Origin: an uncultured delta proteobacterium
GTDB lineage: Bacteria > Myxococcota > Myxococcia > Myxococcales > Anaeromyxobacteraceae
Assembly: GCA_963828255.1 (NCBI GenBank)
Contig: CAWHDZ010000003.1
Coordinates: 1 to 64,000, forward strand
Reading direction: 5' to 3'
DNA length: 64,000 bases
Below the pieces are notes generated by a model, which saw only the letters and a list, made by a program, of their open reading frames with translations, was not told the origin of the DNA and made no database searches. Position numbers and translations under genes: made by a program. Below are positions 51,407 to 63,128 of this stretch, piece after piece (position 1 is the stretch's first letter; each line of letters begins with the position of its first letter).

Positions 51407-54067
51407 TTAACGGTCGTCCTGGAAGAAGTTCTGCGGCGCCGCCGACGGCTCCGGCGAGGTCTGGCGGGGCGCGGTACCGGGCATGAAGGGGAGCAACACC
51501 CCGTCCTGGCCCCCCGCGGCGAGCATCCCGGTCTTCGGGTCGATGCGCACGAACTCCACCCCCGGTGGTTCCGGGAAGTCGGTGGCCGGGCGCATCCCCA
51601 CCGCCGCCTGCATGAACCCGAGCCAGCCGGGCAGAGCGGCCCCCGCGCCGGTGGCGTGCGGGCCGAGCGGGTCGTGGTTGTCGAACCCCACCCAGACGCC
51701 GGCGGCCAGTTCCGGGGTCATCCCCACGAACCACGCGTCCCGGTGCTCCTGGGCGGTCCCGGTCTTCGCGGCCACGGGCCGGTCGAGCGCCTTGGCCGCC
51801 TGCCCCGTCCCGCTCTGCACGACCTCCTTCATCATGGCCACGGTCACGTAGGCGGCCTCGGGCCGGACCCGGTCCGGGAGGCGCCCCACGGAAGGCGCCG
51901 GGGCCGGCGGCGGCATGGCGCCCTCCTCGGGCATTCCCGCGCCCAGGGAGGCCTCCGGAGGCGGGGAGGGTGGGGCGGTCTCGGGAGGGGGAGGGGGGCG
52001 CAGCGGCTTCGTCTCCTCGAGGACGTTTCCCTCCCGGTCGCGCACCCGGGTCACGATGATGGGGGGGGCCGGGAAGCCGCCGGCGGCCAAGGTGGCGAAG
52101 CCGTTCACCAGCTCGAGCGGCGTCACCTCGCCGGTTCCCAGCGCGAGGGAGAGGCTGCGGGGCAGCTCGCTCTCGATCCCGCAGCGCCGCGCGAAGTCGA
52201 TCACCGCCTCGACCCCGAGCGCGTTCACGAGCTTCGCCGACACGGTGTTCTTGGAGTGGGCCAGCGCGTCGCGGAGCAGCATCGGCCCCTCGTAGACGTC
52301 CTTCTCGAAGTTCTGCGGCTTCCACTCCTTGCCGGTCCAGGGGTCCCGGTAGAGGTCGGGCGTGTCGTAGACCACCGTGGCCGGGGTGAACCTCCCCGAC
52401 TCGACGGCGGCGCCCCACACGAAGGGCTTGAAGGCGCTGCCCGGCTGCCGCTTCGCCTGGATGGCCCGGTTGAACTGGGAGCGCGAGAAGTCCTGCCCGC
52501 CCACCAGCGCGCGGACGCCGCGGGTGGCGGGGTCGATGGCGACGAGCGCCCCCTCGAGGCGCGGCACCTGCTCGAGCGACAGGGGCAGGAGCTTCCCGGC
52601 CAGGGCCAGGTCGAGCGGCGACCGCCGACCCGGGACGACGCGGGCGAGCACGATGTCTCCGGCCCGGAGCACGTCGCCCATCCTCTTCGGCGCGGCCGTC
52701 CCCACGGCCGGGTTGTACTTGCGGGCCCACGCGACGTCGGAGAAGGGGATGGTCCCCCTGGCCCCGCCCAGATCGAGGGTGGCCACCTTGTCCTCCACCT
52801 TCTCGACCAGCGCCGCGTAGGTCTCTCCGGCCTCGAGGGGGCGCACCCGGACCCGCCGGCGCGCGTCGGGCCTTGCGTCGGGCTTGGCGTCGCCCTCGAC
52901 GTCGATCTCGTCGGGGTCCACCCGTCCAAGGTCCCAGACCAGCACCTCGCCGGCCTGGGGCTTGGCCGCCGCGAGCCGCTGCCGCCAGCCGGGCAGGGCC
53001 GCGGCCAGCTGCTTCTCGTCGAGCCGCTGCGGCGCGCCCCGCCAGCCGTGCCGCTTGTCCACGAGCCTGAGGTCGGCGTCCAGGGCCGCCTCGGCGGCGC
53101 GCTGGAGGTTGGGCATCATGGCCACGTCCACCTGCAGCCCGTCGGTCTCGACCCGATCGGCGCCGTAGCGCTCGTCGAGCTGGCGCCGGACCGCGTCGGC
53201 GTACCAGGCCCCGTAGGGCTCGGTGGGCTTGCGCAGCCGGAGCGGCCTGGCCGCCTCGGCCTCGGCGGTGCGGGCGTCGATGAAGCCCTCCTCCACCATG
53301 CGGCGCAGGACGTAGCGCTGGCGGGCCCGTGCGGCCTCGAGGTGCTTCACCGGCGAGATCCGCTCCGGAGACTGGATCAGTCCGGCCAGCGTGGCCGCTT
53401 CACCCACTGTGACATCGCGGATCCCCTTGCCGAAGTAGAACTGGGACGCCTCCTCCACGCCGTAGCGCCGGTGCCCCATGTAGATCTGGTTCAGGTAGAG
53501 GAAGAGGATCTCGTCCTTGGTGAGGTTCTGCTCGAGCCTGGGGGCGAGGACCATCTCCTTCACCTTGCGCTTCACCCGCCAGTCGGTGGAGAGGAGGAAG
53601 GTCTTCACCACCTGCTGGGTGATGGTGGAGCCGCCGCAGGCCACGCCTCCGCGCAGGAGTCCCTTCACCGCGCAGCGGGCGATGGCCAGGTAGTTCACGC
53701 CCTCGTGCTCGTAGAAGCGCGCGTCCTCTGCGGCGAGCACCGCCCGCTTCATCACGTCGGGGATCTTGTCGAACGGGACGACGGTGCGCCGCTCCCGCGC
53801 GAAGACGAAGGCCTCGCTGCCGTCGGCGGCCAGGACCCGCGTGGAGACGAGCGGACGGTAGTCCTTGAGCCCTGCGAAGGCCGGCAACTCGCGTGTCCAG
53901 GCGAACAGGAGCGCGCTGACCCCCGCGGCGAGGAGTCCGGCCAGGCCCAGCGCGACGAGCGCGATGCGGCGCCGGTCCAGGCCGCGCAGGAAGGCCAGGG
54001 CGCGCCCGGCCCGGCCGGGCGGCGGCGACTCTGGGGGACTGCTCTCCGTGGAGGGATCGGTGTCCAA
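51407..54067 (-). CDS. mrcA: Penicillin-binding protein 1A
   Basis: AEDARFYEH, GGSTITQQ, RKVKE, RQPGSAFKPF (SxxK), SKN, KTGT. Confidence 0.93.
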   Translation of the reverse strand: MDTDPSTESSPPESPPPGRAGRALAFLRGLDRRRIALVALGLAGLLAAGVSALLFAWTRELPAFAGLKDYRPLVSTRVLAADGSEAFVFARERRTVVPFDKIPDVMKRAVLAAEDARFYEHEGVNYLAIARCAVKGLLRGGVACGGSTITQQVVKTFLLSTDWRVKRKVKEMVLAPRLEQNLTKDEILFLYLNQIYMGHRRYGVEEASQFYFGKGIRDVTVGEAATLAGLIQSPERISPVKHLEAARARQRYVLRRMVEEGFIDARTAEAEAARPLRLRKPTEPYGAWYADAVRRQLDERYGADRVETDGLQVDVAMMPNLQRAAEAALDADLRLVDKRHGWRGAPQRLDEKQLAAALPGWRQRLAAAKPQAGEVLVWDLGRVDPDEIDVEGDAKPDARPDARRRVRVRPLEAGETYAALVEKVEDKVATLDLGGARGTIPFSDVAWARKYNPAVGTAAPKRMGDVLRAGDIVLARVVPGRRSPLDLALAGKLLPLSLEQVPRLEGALVAIDPATRGVRALVGGQDFSRSQFNRAIQAKRQPGSAFKPFVWGAAVESGRFTPATVVYDTPDLYRDPWTGKEWKPQNFEKDVYEGPMLLRDALAHSKNTVSAKLVNALGVEAVIDFARRCGIESELPRSLSLALGTGEVTPLELVNGFATLAAGGFPAPPIIVTRVRDREGNVLEETKPLRPPPPPETAPPSPPPEASLGAGMPEEGAMPPPAPAPSVGRLPDRVRPEAAYVTVAMMKEVVQSGTGQAAKALDRPVAAKTGTAQEHRDAWFVGMTPELAAGVWVGFDNHDPLGPHATGAGAALPGWLGFMQAAVGMRPATDFPEPPGVEFVRIDPKTGMLAAGGQDGVLLPFMPGTAPRQTSPEPSAAPQNFFQDDR

Positions 54068-54311
54068 GGTGGGGGGCGGGAACGATAGTCCCGGGGGGCG
54101 CTGCCGCCAAGTGGCGAGCGAAAGCGCGGGAACGCAGGCGACCCGGCCGGGAGGGAGGGATGGCCGGGTGTCGCTTGCGCCCCGCGCCTTGGGAAACCTT
54201 CACCCCCCCTGAGCCATTCCCCGGGGGTTTTCGTTTGACACCCCGGGGAAACCGGAGCATCACGGAGACCCGATCTCCCACGCGGTCCCGCGCCATACAC
54301 GGAGGAAATCC

Positions 54312-55049
54312 ATGAGGATGCACCGCTCGATTTTGCTCGTCGTTCCTGTCCTGGCCCTCTTCCTCGCCGGCTGCCCGGCGAAGCCGAAGGACGGTGAGTG
54401 CAAGACCAGTGAGGACTGCTCGGCCCAGGAGGGCTACGGAAAGACCTGCGTCGAGGGGCGCTGCCAGGAGTGTGGCCAGGACACCGACTGCAAGGCCGGC
54501 TTCGTCTGCAAGTCGCTCAAGTGCGTGCCCCGCCCCGAGTGCGAGCGCAGCGACGACTGCCCGGCCGGCAAGGCCTGCGAGGCCGGAAGGTGCATGACCG
54601 TCGCCCCACCCCCGGCGCCGCCCCCCGAGTGCGTGAACGACTCGGCCTGCCCGTCCGGCAAGGCCTGCCAGGCCGGCAAGTGCGTCACCTCCGAGCCCCA
54701 GGCCTGCCCGCAGGGCGGCGGCAAGCTCCTTCCGGTCTACTTCGGCTTCGACCGCGCGGTCCTGACGCCCGAGTCCCAGGCGGAGCTGACCAAGAACGCG
54801 GCCTGCATCAAGGAGAAGGCCTTCACCCGGATCACCGTCGAGGGCAACTGCGACGACCGGGGCACCGTCGAGTACAACCTCCAGCTCGGCCAGCGCCGCG
54901 CCGAGTCCGCCCGGAAGTTCCTGGTGAACCTGGGCATCCCCGCCAGGTCGATCAAGGCGGTGAGCTACGGCAAGGAGCGGCCCGTCTGCACCGATGCCAC
55001 CGAGAGCTGCTGGGCGAAGAACCGCCGCGGCGACGTCGTGGCGCAGTAG
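54312..55049 (+). CDS. pal: Pal/OmpA-family lipoprotein with Cys-rich N-terminal repeats
   Basis: LAGC lipobox, four C..xDC..G..C....C-like units, YFGFD, EGNCDDRGTVEYN.LGQRRA, SYGKERP, NRR. Confidence 0.88.
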   Translation: MRMHRSILLVVPVLALFLAGCPAKPKDGECKTSEDCSAQEGYGKTCVEGRCQECGQDTDCKAGFVCKSLKCVPRPECERSDDCPAGKACEAGRCMTVAPPPAPPPECVNDSACPSGKACQAGKCVTSEPQACPQGGGKLLPVYFGFDRAVLTPESQAELTKNAACIKEKAFTRITVEGNCDDRGTVEYNLQLGQRRAESARKFLVNLGIPARSIKAVSYGKERPVCTDATESCWAKNRRGDVVAQ

Positions 55050-55064
55050 CTGGACAGTGAACGA

Positions 55065-55922
55065 ATGAGGAACCGGATCGCGTTCGCGCTGCTCCTCGCA
55101 GCCACAGCCTGCTGGGTCCCCGTCGAGAAGGGGCGCCAAATGGATGCCCGCATCCTGCGGCTGGAGGCGGAGAACACCGCCACCACGCAGCAGATCGAGG
55201 AGCAGCGGAACCTGGTCCGGGACCGCATCGCCCGGGTGGACCAGAAGATCGTCGAGGTCCAGAGGAAGCTCGACGAGCTCAACACCACCGCCCACCGCAG
55301 CGGCGCCGACGTGGTGGCCAACCAGGACCGGATGCAGGAATCGCTCACCCGCCTGGGAGGGCGGCTCGAGGAGCAGCAGCACCAGCTCCAGCTCTCCGAC
55401 CAGCGCCTGGCGGAGCTACAGTCGGACACCGAGGCCCGCTTCGCGGCGCTCAAGGGGGCCGGGGCGCTCGAGGACTACGAGGGGCGCAAGCGGGCCGAGG
55501 CCCTGAAGCGCCCCACGGACAAGTCCGAGTTCTACGCCCTCGCCATGCAGCAGGAGCAGGCCGGCGAGCGCGCCGTGGCCCGGCAGCTCTACGACGAGTA
55601 CGTGAAGAAGTGGCCCGCCGACCCGCGCGCAGCCGATGCCTGGTTCCGCATGGGAGAGATCTCCTTCGGCGAGAAGCGCTACCGCGAGGCGGTGCTCTCC
55701 TACGGGAAGGTGGCCCAGGACTTCCCCCGCTCCGACAAGGCGCCCGACGCCCTCTTCAGGACCGGGGAGGCCATGATGTCGCTCGACCTTCGCGACGACG
55801 CAAAGGCCATCTTCCAGGACGTGGCGAAGCGCTACCCCAAGACCACCGCAGCCAAGAAGGCGAGCGCCCGGCTCGCGGAAATGTCCAAGAGTTCCAAGAA
55901 GAAGACGCCCCCAAAGCAGTAG
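55065..55922 (+). CDS. cpoB: CpoB/YbgF-like coiled-coil plus TPR protein
   Basis: N-terminal coiled coil and TPRs (FPRSDKAPDALF, YPKT). Follows pal. Confidence 0.82.
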   Translation: MRNRIAFALLLAATACWVPVEKGRQMDARILRLEAENTATTQQIEEQRNLVRDRIARVDQKIVEVQRKLDELNTTAHRSGADVVANQDRMQESLTRLGGRLEEQQHQLQLSDQRLAELQSDTEARFAALKGAGALEDYEGRKRAEALKRPTDKSEFYALAMQQEQAGERAVARQLYDEYVKKWPADPRAADAWFRMGEISFGEKRYREAVLSYGKVAQDFPRSDKAPDALFRTGEAMMSLDLRDDAKAIFQDVAKRYPKTTAAKKASARLAEMSKSSKKKTPPKQ

Positions 55923-56016
55923 CCCGGTCGAGGCACTTGCATGTCGGGGCCGGTATGCGCAACTGTGTGGGTAGGGTCGTATGTAGGGGGGGGCGTCGAA
56001 GGGTGGGCCTGCGCAC

Positions 56017-56540
56017 ATGAACCGCGTTCCAATCGGACAGATCCTGGTCGAGAGAGGCTCCATCGACGGGCGTCAGCTGCGCGCGGGGCTCGACTGGCAG
56101 CGGCGTCGCGGCGGCCGGCTCGGGGGCGCCCTCGTGCACCTCGGCATGGTGGACGAGACCACGGTGATCACCGCGCTCGGCGTCCAGCTCGGGATCCCGG
56201 TGATCGACCTGGCCGGCCGGCAGATCGACCGCGATGTCCTCCGTCTCGTGCCCCGGTCGGTCATCCAGTCCCGTCGGGTGCTGCCGGTGGAGCTCCTCCA
56301 TGAGACGCGGCGCGGCCCGCTGGTCGTCGCCACGAGCGACCCGCTCGACATACCGGCGCTCGACGAGGTGGCCTTCGTGTCGGGGAAGCTGGTTCGCCCC
56401 GTGCTGGCGTCGAAGGCCCAGATCGACGTCGCCATCGCCCGGCTCCTGGGGATCGGTCGCCCGGACGCCCTCGACCTGCCGCCCGAGCCGCTCGAGGAGA
56501 TGGAGCTGGTGGAGCAGATGCGGCCGCAGCGTTTCTGGAA

Positions 56541-56544
<4 letters not shown>
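56017..56544 (+). CDS. Stand-alone MshEN (T2SSE_N) domain protein
   Basis: IGQILVERG.I...QL..L..Q and RLG.ALV.LG tandem motifs, plus VATSDP. Confidence 0.82.
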
Positions 56545-58190
<1,646 letters not shown>

Positions 58191-58260
58191 GATTGCACCC
58201 GAGCCTATGCGAGGAACGGGCCGGGTCGACAGGCCCCGGATCGGGCGCGGGGCCGCGCGC

Positions 58261-58656
58261 TCATTTCCTGAGGAAGTCGCCGAGTTGCCGGTCGCTGTGG
58301 GCGATGTGGGTGTTCAGCCACAAGTCCAGGAATCCCAGCAACACGGCGATCATCTCTGCCGAGTCACCTTCGGAATCCCACTGCGGCACGAGGGACCTGA
58401 ACCTGCGCTTCACGTAGGTGTGCTCCTGGACATGTTGAGCCAGACGCGGGTAGCGGGCGTCCCGCATCAGCTTCTCCTCGGTGAGGAAGTGCTCGACGGC
58501 GCGATCCGCGATGGACGCCAGCAGCGCCCGCAAGCGATCGTGCCCTTCACGCGCCTTGGCCGCAGCCTCGAACCTGGCCGCCGCCTCGAACAGGCCCAGG
58601 TGCTGGGCGTCGATCTCGGGGACTCCGGTGGCCATCTCTGGGGTCCACTTGAACAC
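58261..58656 (-). CDS. Bacteriohemerythrin
   Basis: TGVPEIDAQH, HFLTEE, HVQEH, WLNTHIAHSD. GTG start inferred. Confidence 0.88.
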   Translation of the reverse strand: MFKWTPEMATGVPEIDAQHLGLFEAAARFEAAAKAREGHDRLRALLASIADRAVEHFLTEEKLMRDARYPRLAQHVQEHTYVKRRFRSLVPQWDSEGDSAEMIAVLLGFLDLWLNTHIAHSDRQLGDFLRK

Positions 58657-58954
58657 CCGGCGATTGTCGCATCTCGAGCGTGCGATGGGCGACATGCCGG
58701 GAAGCCAGGGGCGAGCTCGAGCCACGCGTACGCCCCTGCCAGGGTCACCCGGCCAAGTCACCCCAACAAGCGTGGCCCCAGGGGGTTGTGGCAGCATTTC
58801 CGGAGGAGGAATCTCTCCCGCAGGGGGGAGCCTTGATGCCCGCTGGTCCGGCGAGAGCCGAAGACCGCGAACGCCGACGACGTCGGCGCGCCCTCCCCGC
58901 CAGCCCTCACACGGGCGCCTCGGCGGCCCGCTCGCCCAGCAGGAGGAATGCGCG

Positions 58955-61711
58955 ATGGAGACACTCGTGAAGGCCGGTCTTGGAATTCTTGCAACCCTGA
59001 CCTTCCTCCTCTCTGCCTCCGGCTGCGGCAGTTCCTCGTCCGGCCCGTCCAGGTGCGACGGCGTCACCTGCTCGGCGAGCGACCAGTGTCACCTCCCTGG
59101 CGTCTGCGACCCGGCGACCGGGTCCTGCTCCAACCCGGCCAAGGCAAACGGAGCCACCTGCGATGACGCCAACGGCTGCACCGTCGCGGACGCCTGTCTC
59201 GCCGGCGCCTGCGCTGGTGGGGCCTCCCGGGCATGCCCCGCGACCGATCAGTGCCACGTCGCCGGGGTCTGCGAGATCGCCACCGGGACCTGCACGAACC
59301 CACCCAAGGTCGACGGGGCCTCGTGCGACGATGTGAACGCATGCAGCACGGTGGATTCCTGTCGGGCGGGCACGTGCGTCGGTGGCGGGTTCGTGTCCTG
59401 CGCGGATCCGGGCCCCTGCCTCGAAGCCGGAACCTGCGGACCCTCGACCGGCACGTGCGCCTACGTTCCGAAGCCCGACGGCACGCCCTGCACCATCGCC
59501 AGTGCCTCACCCGGAACCTGCAAGACGGGCATCTGCACGGAGGGGACGCAGGCCTTCGGGTACACGGCGGAGGCGGATCGGCGCGTGGAGGCCATCGTGC
59601 CTCCCGAGGGTGGCACGGTCGCGGCCTCCTCCTCGTCGGGGGTGGGTTATTCCTTGGAGGTACCCGAAGGAGCGCTCGATGCGCCGATGCACCTCACCGT
59701 CACGCCCGTGACGAGCTTCACCGGGCTCCCGGTGTCCGGGCCTCTCGTCGCCGCCGTCCACTTCGAGCCGAACGGGCTGGGCTTCTTCCGGCCCGCTCGG
59801 GTCCGGGTCCCTGGCATCGCGGCGGGAGGCGGCGCCCGCCTTCGAGCCTTCGTGATCTCGGACGACGGGGGGACCGTCGATCAGGTTCCCTTCGAGGTCT
59901 CTGGGATCGACCTCGTCATTCCCCTGGCCCACTTCTCGAACGTCGCCGTCTTCGGAGGAGCCGCCGTCGAGACCGCCTGGTGCAGCGGCACGGCGTCCTT
60001 CGAGCAGTGGCTGGCGGCGCTCCCGGACTGGACCACCCCCGCGAACAGAGCGCAGGGCGTCGTGGCCACACTCCAGGCCTGGCTCAACGACTGCAACCCC
60101 GCCGATGATCCTTCGGGCTTCCCGAGCTACCAGTACGTGGCCCAGCAGTACGTCTCGGAGATGTGGCTCTGGCACCGGGACATCATCGCCCGGCTCGACA
60201 GGGACACCGTGAACACGGGCCATTACTCGGACCCGGACCTCGCCGAGTTCAACCTCTGGCGCAACCAGAGCCTGAGTCGAGGCTGGCAGGAGTTGCTGGT
60301 GGCCGCCAACCACGACGACACCGTGTTCGACCCGATGGCGGAGCTGGGGTACGCCAAGATCGGCCAACTCCTCGAAGCCCGCTTCGCGAGCCATGAGCTC
60401 ACCTGCATCAACTCCGGCGCGCAGGCCTACGACTGGGGCACCTGGAACGACATCTACGCGGCCTGCAACTACGAGGGCTCGAGCGACCCGATCGCAGGAA
60501 GAGTCCTCTTCGGAGAGGCCAGCAAGCTCATGAGCCTCAAGCGTTGCGGCACCGTCGGGCTGGAACTGGAGCCAAGGGACACCACCCTGGCGCCAGGGCT
60601 GACGGCGCAGCTCTGGGTCAACCGGATTGCCTGGGACGGGACGCGCATCCCCGAGGCCAGGGCCTCGATGACGGTGCCGATGCCGATCCACTGGGACGCC
60701 ATGGGCCCACCCTCCTCGCCCAGTCCCGTCGCCGTCGATCAGTTCGGCCGGGTGACCGCGACCTCCGTCGGTGAGGCCACGGTTCACGCGGCCCACTTCG
60801 GGCCCGGCGGCGTCAAGCTGCTCTCCACCTCGGTGCCCGTGGTCGTGAAGGACCTGGCCATCGACGTGCAGCCCGCGGCCCTCGCGCTCCGAAGGGGCGA
60901 GCCGGCCTCGCTCCATGCGACCTTCAAGGATGCGAGCACCCAGCCCTCCTGCGAGTTCCAGTGGTTGAGCAGCAACGTGGGCGTCGCAACCGCGGCGGGC
61001 CAGCCTGCCGGTGCCCCCGACGCCGAGGTCACCGCCTCGTCATCCGGGACCGCCAACATCACCGCGGTCTGCGGAGACGCGATCGGGCTCGCGAAAGTGG
61101 TCGTTTACAGCGCGATCCGCGTGACGCCCGAGCTCGCCTGCGTCGGGGTCGGAGGGACCACGCAGCTCAGCGCCTTCGCGCTCGACATGGCCGTGAGCGC
61201 ATCGGTCGCGTGGACCGCCTCTCCGGAGATCGTATCGATCGTCGACGGGACCACCACCGGTCTCGCCGAGGGCCGCACCGTCGTCACGGCCAAGCTCGGT
61301 GGGGGAACCGACGCCCTCAGCGCGACCGCGAGACTGCTGGTGACGCCCGTCCCCATCTGCGGCACGTGGGACCTGTTCTTCACGGAGTATGGACTGCAGC
61401 CAAAGGCCTACACGCGCTTCTTCAGGCGAGTCGTGGACCTCCAGCCCGACTGGGCCGTCCCTGGCCAGTTCGTCGCCGAGGTGGTGAGCTTGTTCGGCGG
61501 CCGGTTCCCGGTCGTCGTGAGCGGCGATTCGGTCTCCTGGTCGACCATCTACTGGGACGAGGCGGTATGGATCTGCGAGGACTTCCTCGGCGCCTTGACT
61601 CCGACGGGTGAAGTGACGGGCCGGTCCGAGTGGACGTGGCACGACACCGCTGATTGCACGTCGGAATCGACGGGCTCCGGCTTCTCGGTCTACGGCGGGT
61701 TCCTCCGGTAG
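58955..61711 (+). CDS. Large surface lipoprotein: Cys-rich repeats, ZU5-like region, Ig-like (Big_2) repeats
   Basis: ASG-C lipobox, repeated DQCH..GVC...TG.C.NP.K..GA.CDD.N.C, GGTV...LEVPEGAL...FEP.GL.F, and WLSSNVGVATA / G.A.ITA Ig-like units. AGGAGG RBS. Confidence 0.75.
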   Translation: METLVKAGLGILATLTFLLSASGCGSSSSGPSRCDGVTCSASDQCHLPGVCDPATGSCSNPAKANGATCDDANGCTVADACLAGACAGGASRACPATDQCHVAGVCEIATGTCTNPPKVDGASCDDVNACSTVDSCRAGTCVGGGFVSCADPGPCLEAGTCGPSTGTCAYVPKPDGTPCTIASASPGTCKTGICTEGTQAFGYTAEADRRVEAIVPPEGGTVAASSSSGVGYSLEVPEGALDAPMHLTVTPVTSFTGLPVSGPLVAAVHFEPNGLGFFRPARVRVPGIAAGGGARLRAFVISDDGGTVDQVPFEVSGIDLVIPLAHFSNVAVFGGAAVETAWCSGTASFEQWLAALPDWTTPANRAQGVVATLQAWLNDCNPADDPSGFPSYQYVAQQYVSEMWLWHRDIIARLDRDTVNTGHYSDPDLAEFNLWRNQSLSRGWQELLVAANHDDTVFDPMAELGYAKIGQLLEARFASHELTCINSGAQAYDWGTWNDIYAACNYEGSSDPIAGRVLFGEASKLMSLKRCGTVGLELEPRDTTLAPGLTAQLWVNRIAWDGTRIPEARASMTVPMPIHWDAMGPPSSPSPVAVDQFGRVTATSVGEATVHAAHFGPGGVKLLSTSVPVVVKDLAIDVQPAALALRRGEPASLHATFKDASTQPSCEFQWLSSNVGVATAAGQPAGAPDAEVTASSSGTANITAVCGDAIGLAKVVVYSAIRVTPELACVGVGGTTQLSAFALDMAVSASVAWTASPEIVSIVDGTTTGLAEGRTVVTAKLGGGTDALSATARLLVTPVPICGTWDLFFTEYGLQPKAYTRFFRRVVDLQPDWAVPGQFVAEVVSLFGGRFPVVVSGDSVSWSTIYWDEAVWICEDFLGALTPTGEVTGRSEWTWHDTADCTSESTGSGFSVYGGFLR

Positions 61712-61778
61712 CGGATTCGGGCTCGAGCATCGTGTTCACTCGCCGATGCGCGTTGCCCGAGATCAGGACCGGGGCCGG

Positions 61779-62600
61779 TCACCCCGCCACGAGCTGATCG
61801 AACGCGTCCCCGCCCCGCAGGGGATCGAACACCGGGTCCGAGGAGAGCCACCCCCGGACCTTCTCCCCGTCCACCTCGAGCGCCTTCCGGAGCGGCGCGA
61901 GCGCCTCGGCGCCACGCCCCCACTGGGCGTACAGCGAAGCCAGGTCGTAGTTCACCACCGCGTCGTCGGGCTTCAGGGTCCGCGCCTTCTCGTAGGCCCG
62001 CTCCGCCTCGGCGTAGAAGCCCTTCTGCGCGTAGCAGAGCCCCAGGTCGAGGTGGATCTCGAAGCTCTCCGGCTCGAGCCGCGCCGCCTCCCGCAGGTGC
62101 CCGATGGCGGTCCGGTAGTCCCCCTCGTCCATGAGGAGGCTCGCCAGCTCGTGGCGCGCCATGGAGTCCTCGGGAGCGAGCCGGACGGCCACCGCGAGCT
62201 CCTTCAGCCCTTCCTGGGCGCGCCCCATGTCGGCGAGCGCCAGTCCGAGCTCCAGGTGAGCCTCGGCGTGCTCCGGGTCGGCGGCGATGGCCTCGCGGTA
62301 CTCGGCCTCGGCCATCTCGAGGGCGTGGGTGGCCAGGAACGACGCCAGGGTGAACCGGGCTCCGGGGCTCTCCGGCTCGACCTCGACGGCCTTGAGATGC
62401 GAGAGCAGCGCCTCCCGCCAGCGCTTCCTGCGGGCGTGGAGCATGGCCAGGTTCTCGTGCGGGTGGGCCGAGGCCGGGTCGAGGGCGATGGCCTTGTGGA
62501 ACTCCTTCTCGGCCTCCTCGAGCCAGCCGCGGTCGGCCAGCTCGATGCCCCGCTCGTTGTGCTGATTGGCCTGGGTCGGCCTGTCCCCGTCTTGCGCCAC
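61779..62600 (-). CDS. TPR repeat protein
   Basis: Multiple TPR units (AIALDP, AIAADP, AARLEP), ending in a YDLASLYA...DPVFDPLR motif. GTG start inferred. Confidence 0.82.
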   Translation of the reverse strand: MAQDGDRPTQANQHNERGIELADRGWLEEAEKEFHKAIALDPASAHPHENLAMLHARRKRWREALLSHLKAVEVEPESPGARFTLASFLATHALEMAEAEYREAIAADPEHAEAHLELGLALADMGRAQEGLKELAVAVRLAPEDSMARHELASLLMDEGDYRTAIGHLREAARLEPESFEIHLDLGLCYAQKGFYAEAERAYEKARTLKPDDAVVNYDLASLYAQWGRGAEALAPLRKALEVDGEKVRGWLSSDPVFDPLRGGDAFDQLVAG

Positions 62601-62651
62601 GGGCGGGAGTCTACTCCAATGGGGACCCGGGGCCGCCCCGGGAAAGGCGCC

Positions 62652-63128
62652 ATGAGAATCCCCCGGAACGTCGCCATCTTCGTCGTGGGCGCCCTCGTCG
62701 CGCTGGCCTGCCTGGTCGTCATCCGGTCGCTGCGGGAGGGTCCGACCGACGAGGAGCAGATCCGCGCCATCTTCGAGGAGGGCGCGCGCGCCGTGGAGGA
62801 GAAGCGCCCCGCCGACGCCATGGCCGGGGTGAGCGAGCGCTTCCAGGGCGAGGGGATGGGGCACCGCGAGCTGAAGCAGTTCATCACCTTCCAGACCCTG
62901 CGCGGCTCCTGGAACGCGGTGGTGCCCGTGGCGGAGAAGGTGGAGGTGACGGGCGACCAGGCCGAGGCGGTCCTGGAGGTCGTCCTGGCCCGCGGCGCGA
63001 AGGGGGAGGGCGTGCTGGGACGGCTGCCGGAGAATGGCGACGTCTGGCGCGTCGAGGCGACGCTCGCCCGGGAGAAGGGCGGGTGGAAGGTGGTCTCGGC
63101 CCGCTGGAGTCCTACAGGCCGGAGATGA
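62652..63128 (+). CDS. Membrane-anchored NTF2/SnoaL-like hypothetical protein
   Basis: N-terminal TM, TDEEQIRA, C-terminal GGWKVVSARW. Confidence 0.6.
   Translation: MRIPRNVAIFVVGALVALACLVVIRSLREGPTDEEQIRAIFEEGARAVEEKRPADAMAGVSERFQGEGMGHRELKQFITFQTLRGSWNAVVPVAEKVEVTGDQAEAVLEVVLARGAKGEGVLGRLPENGDVWRVEATLAREKGGWKVVSARWSPTGRR

Noticed and set aside
54217..54250. TTCCCCGGGG...CCCCGGGGAA inverted repeat around TTGACA upstream of pal as an operator
   Set aside because: The repeat is real, but there is no correctly spaced -10 and no assignable regulator, so function is unsupported.
58700..58950. Riboswitch upstream of the large surface protein
   Set aside because: I could not identify a conserved riboswitch core by eye. 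An Rfam/Infernal scan would be needed.
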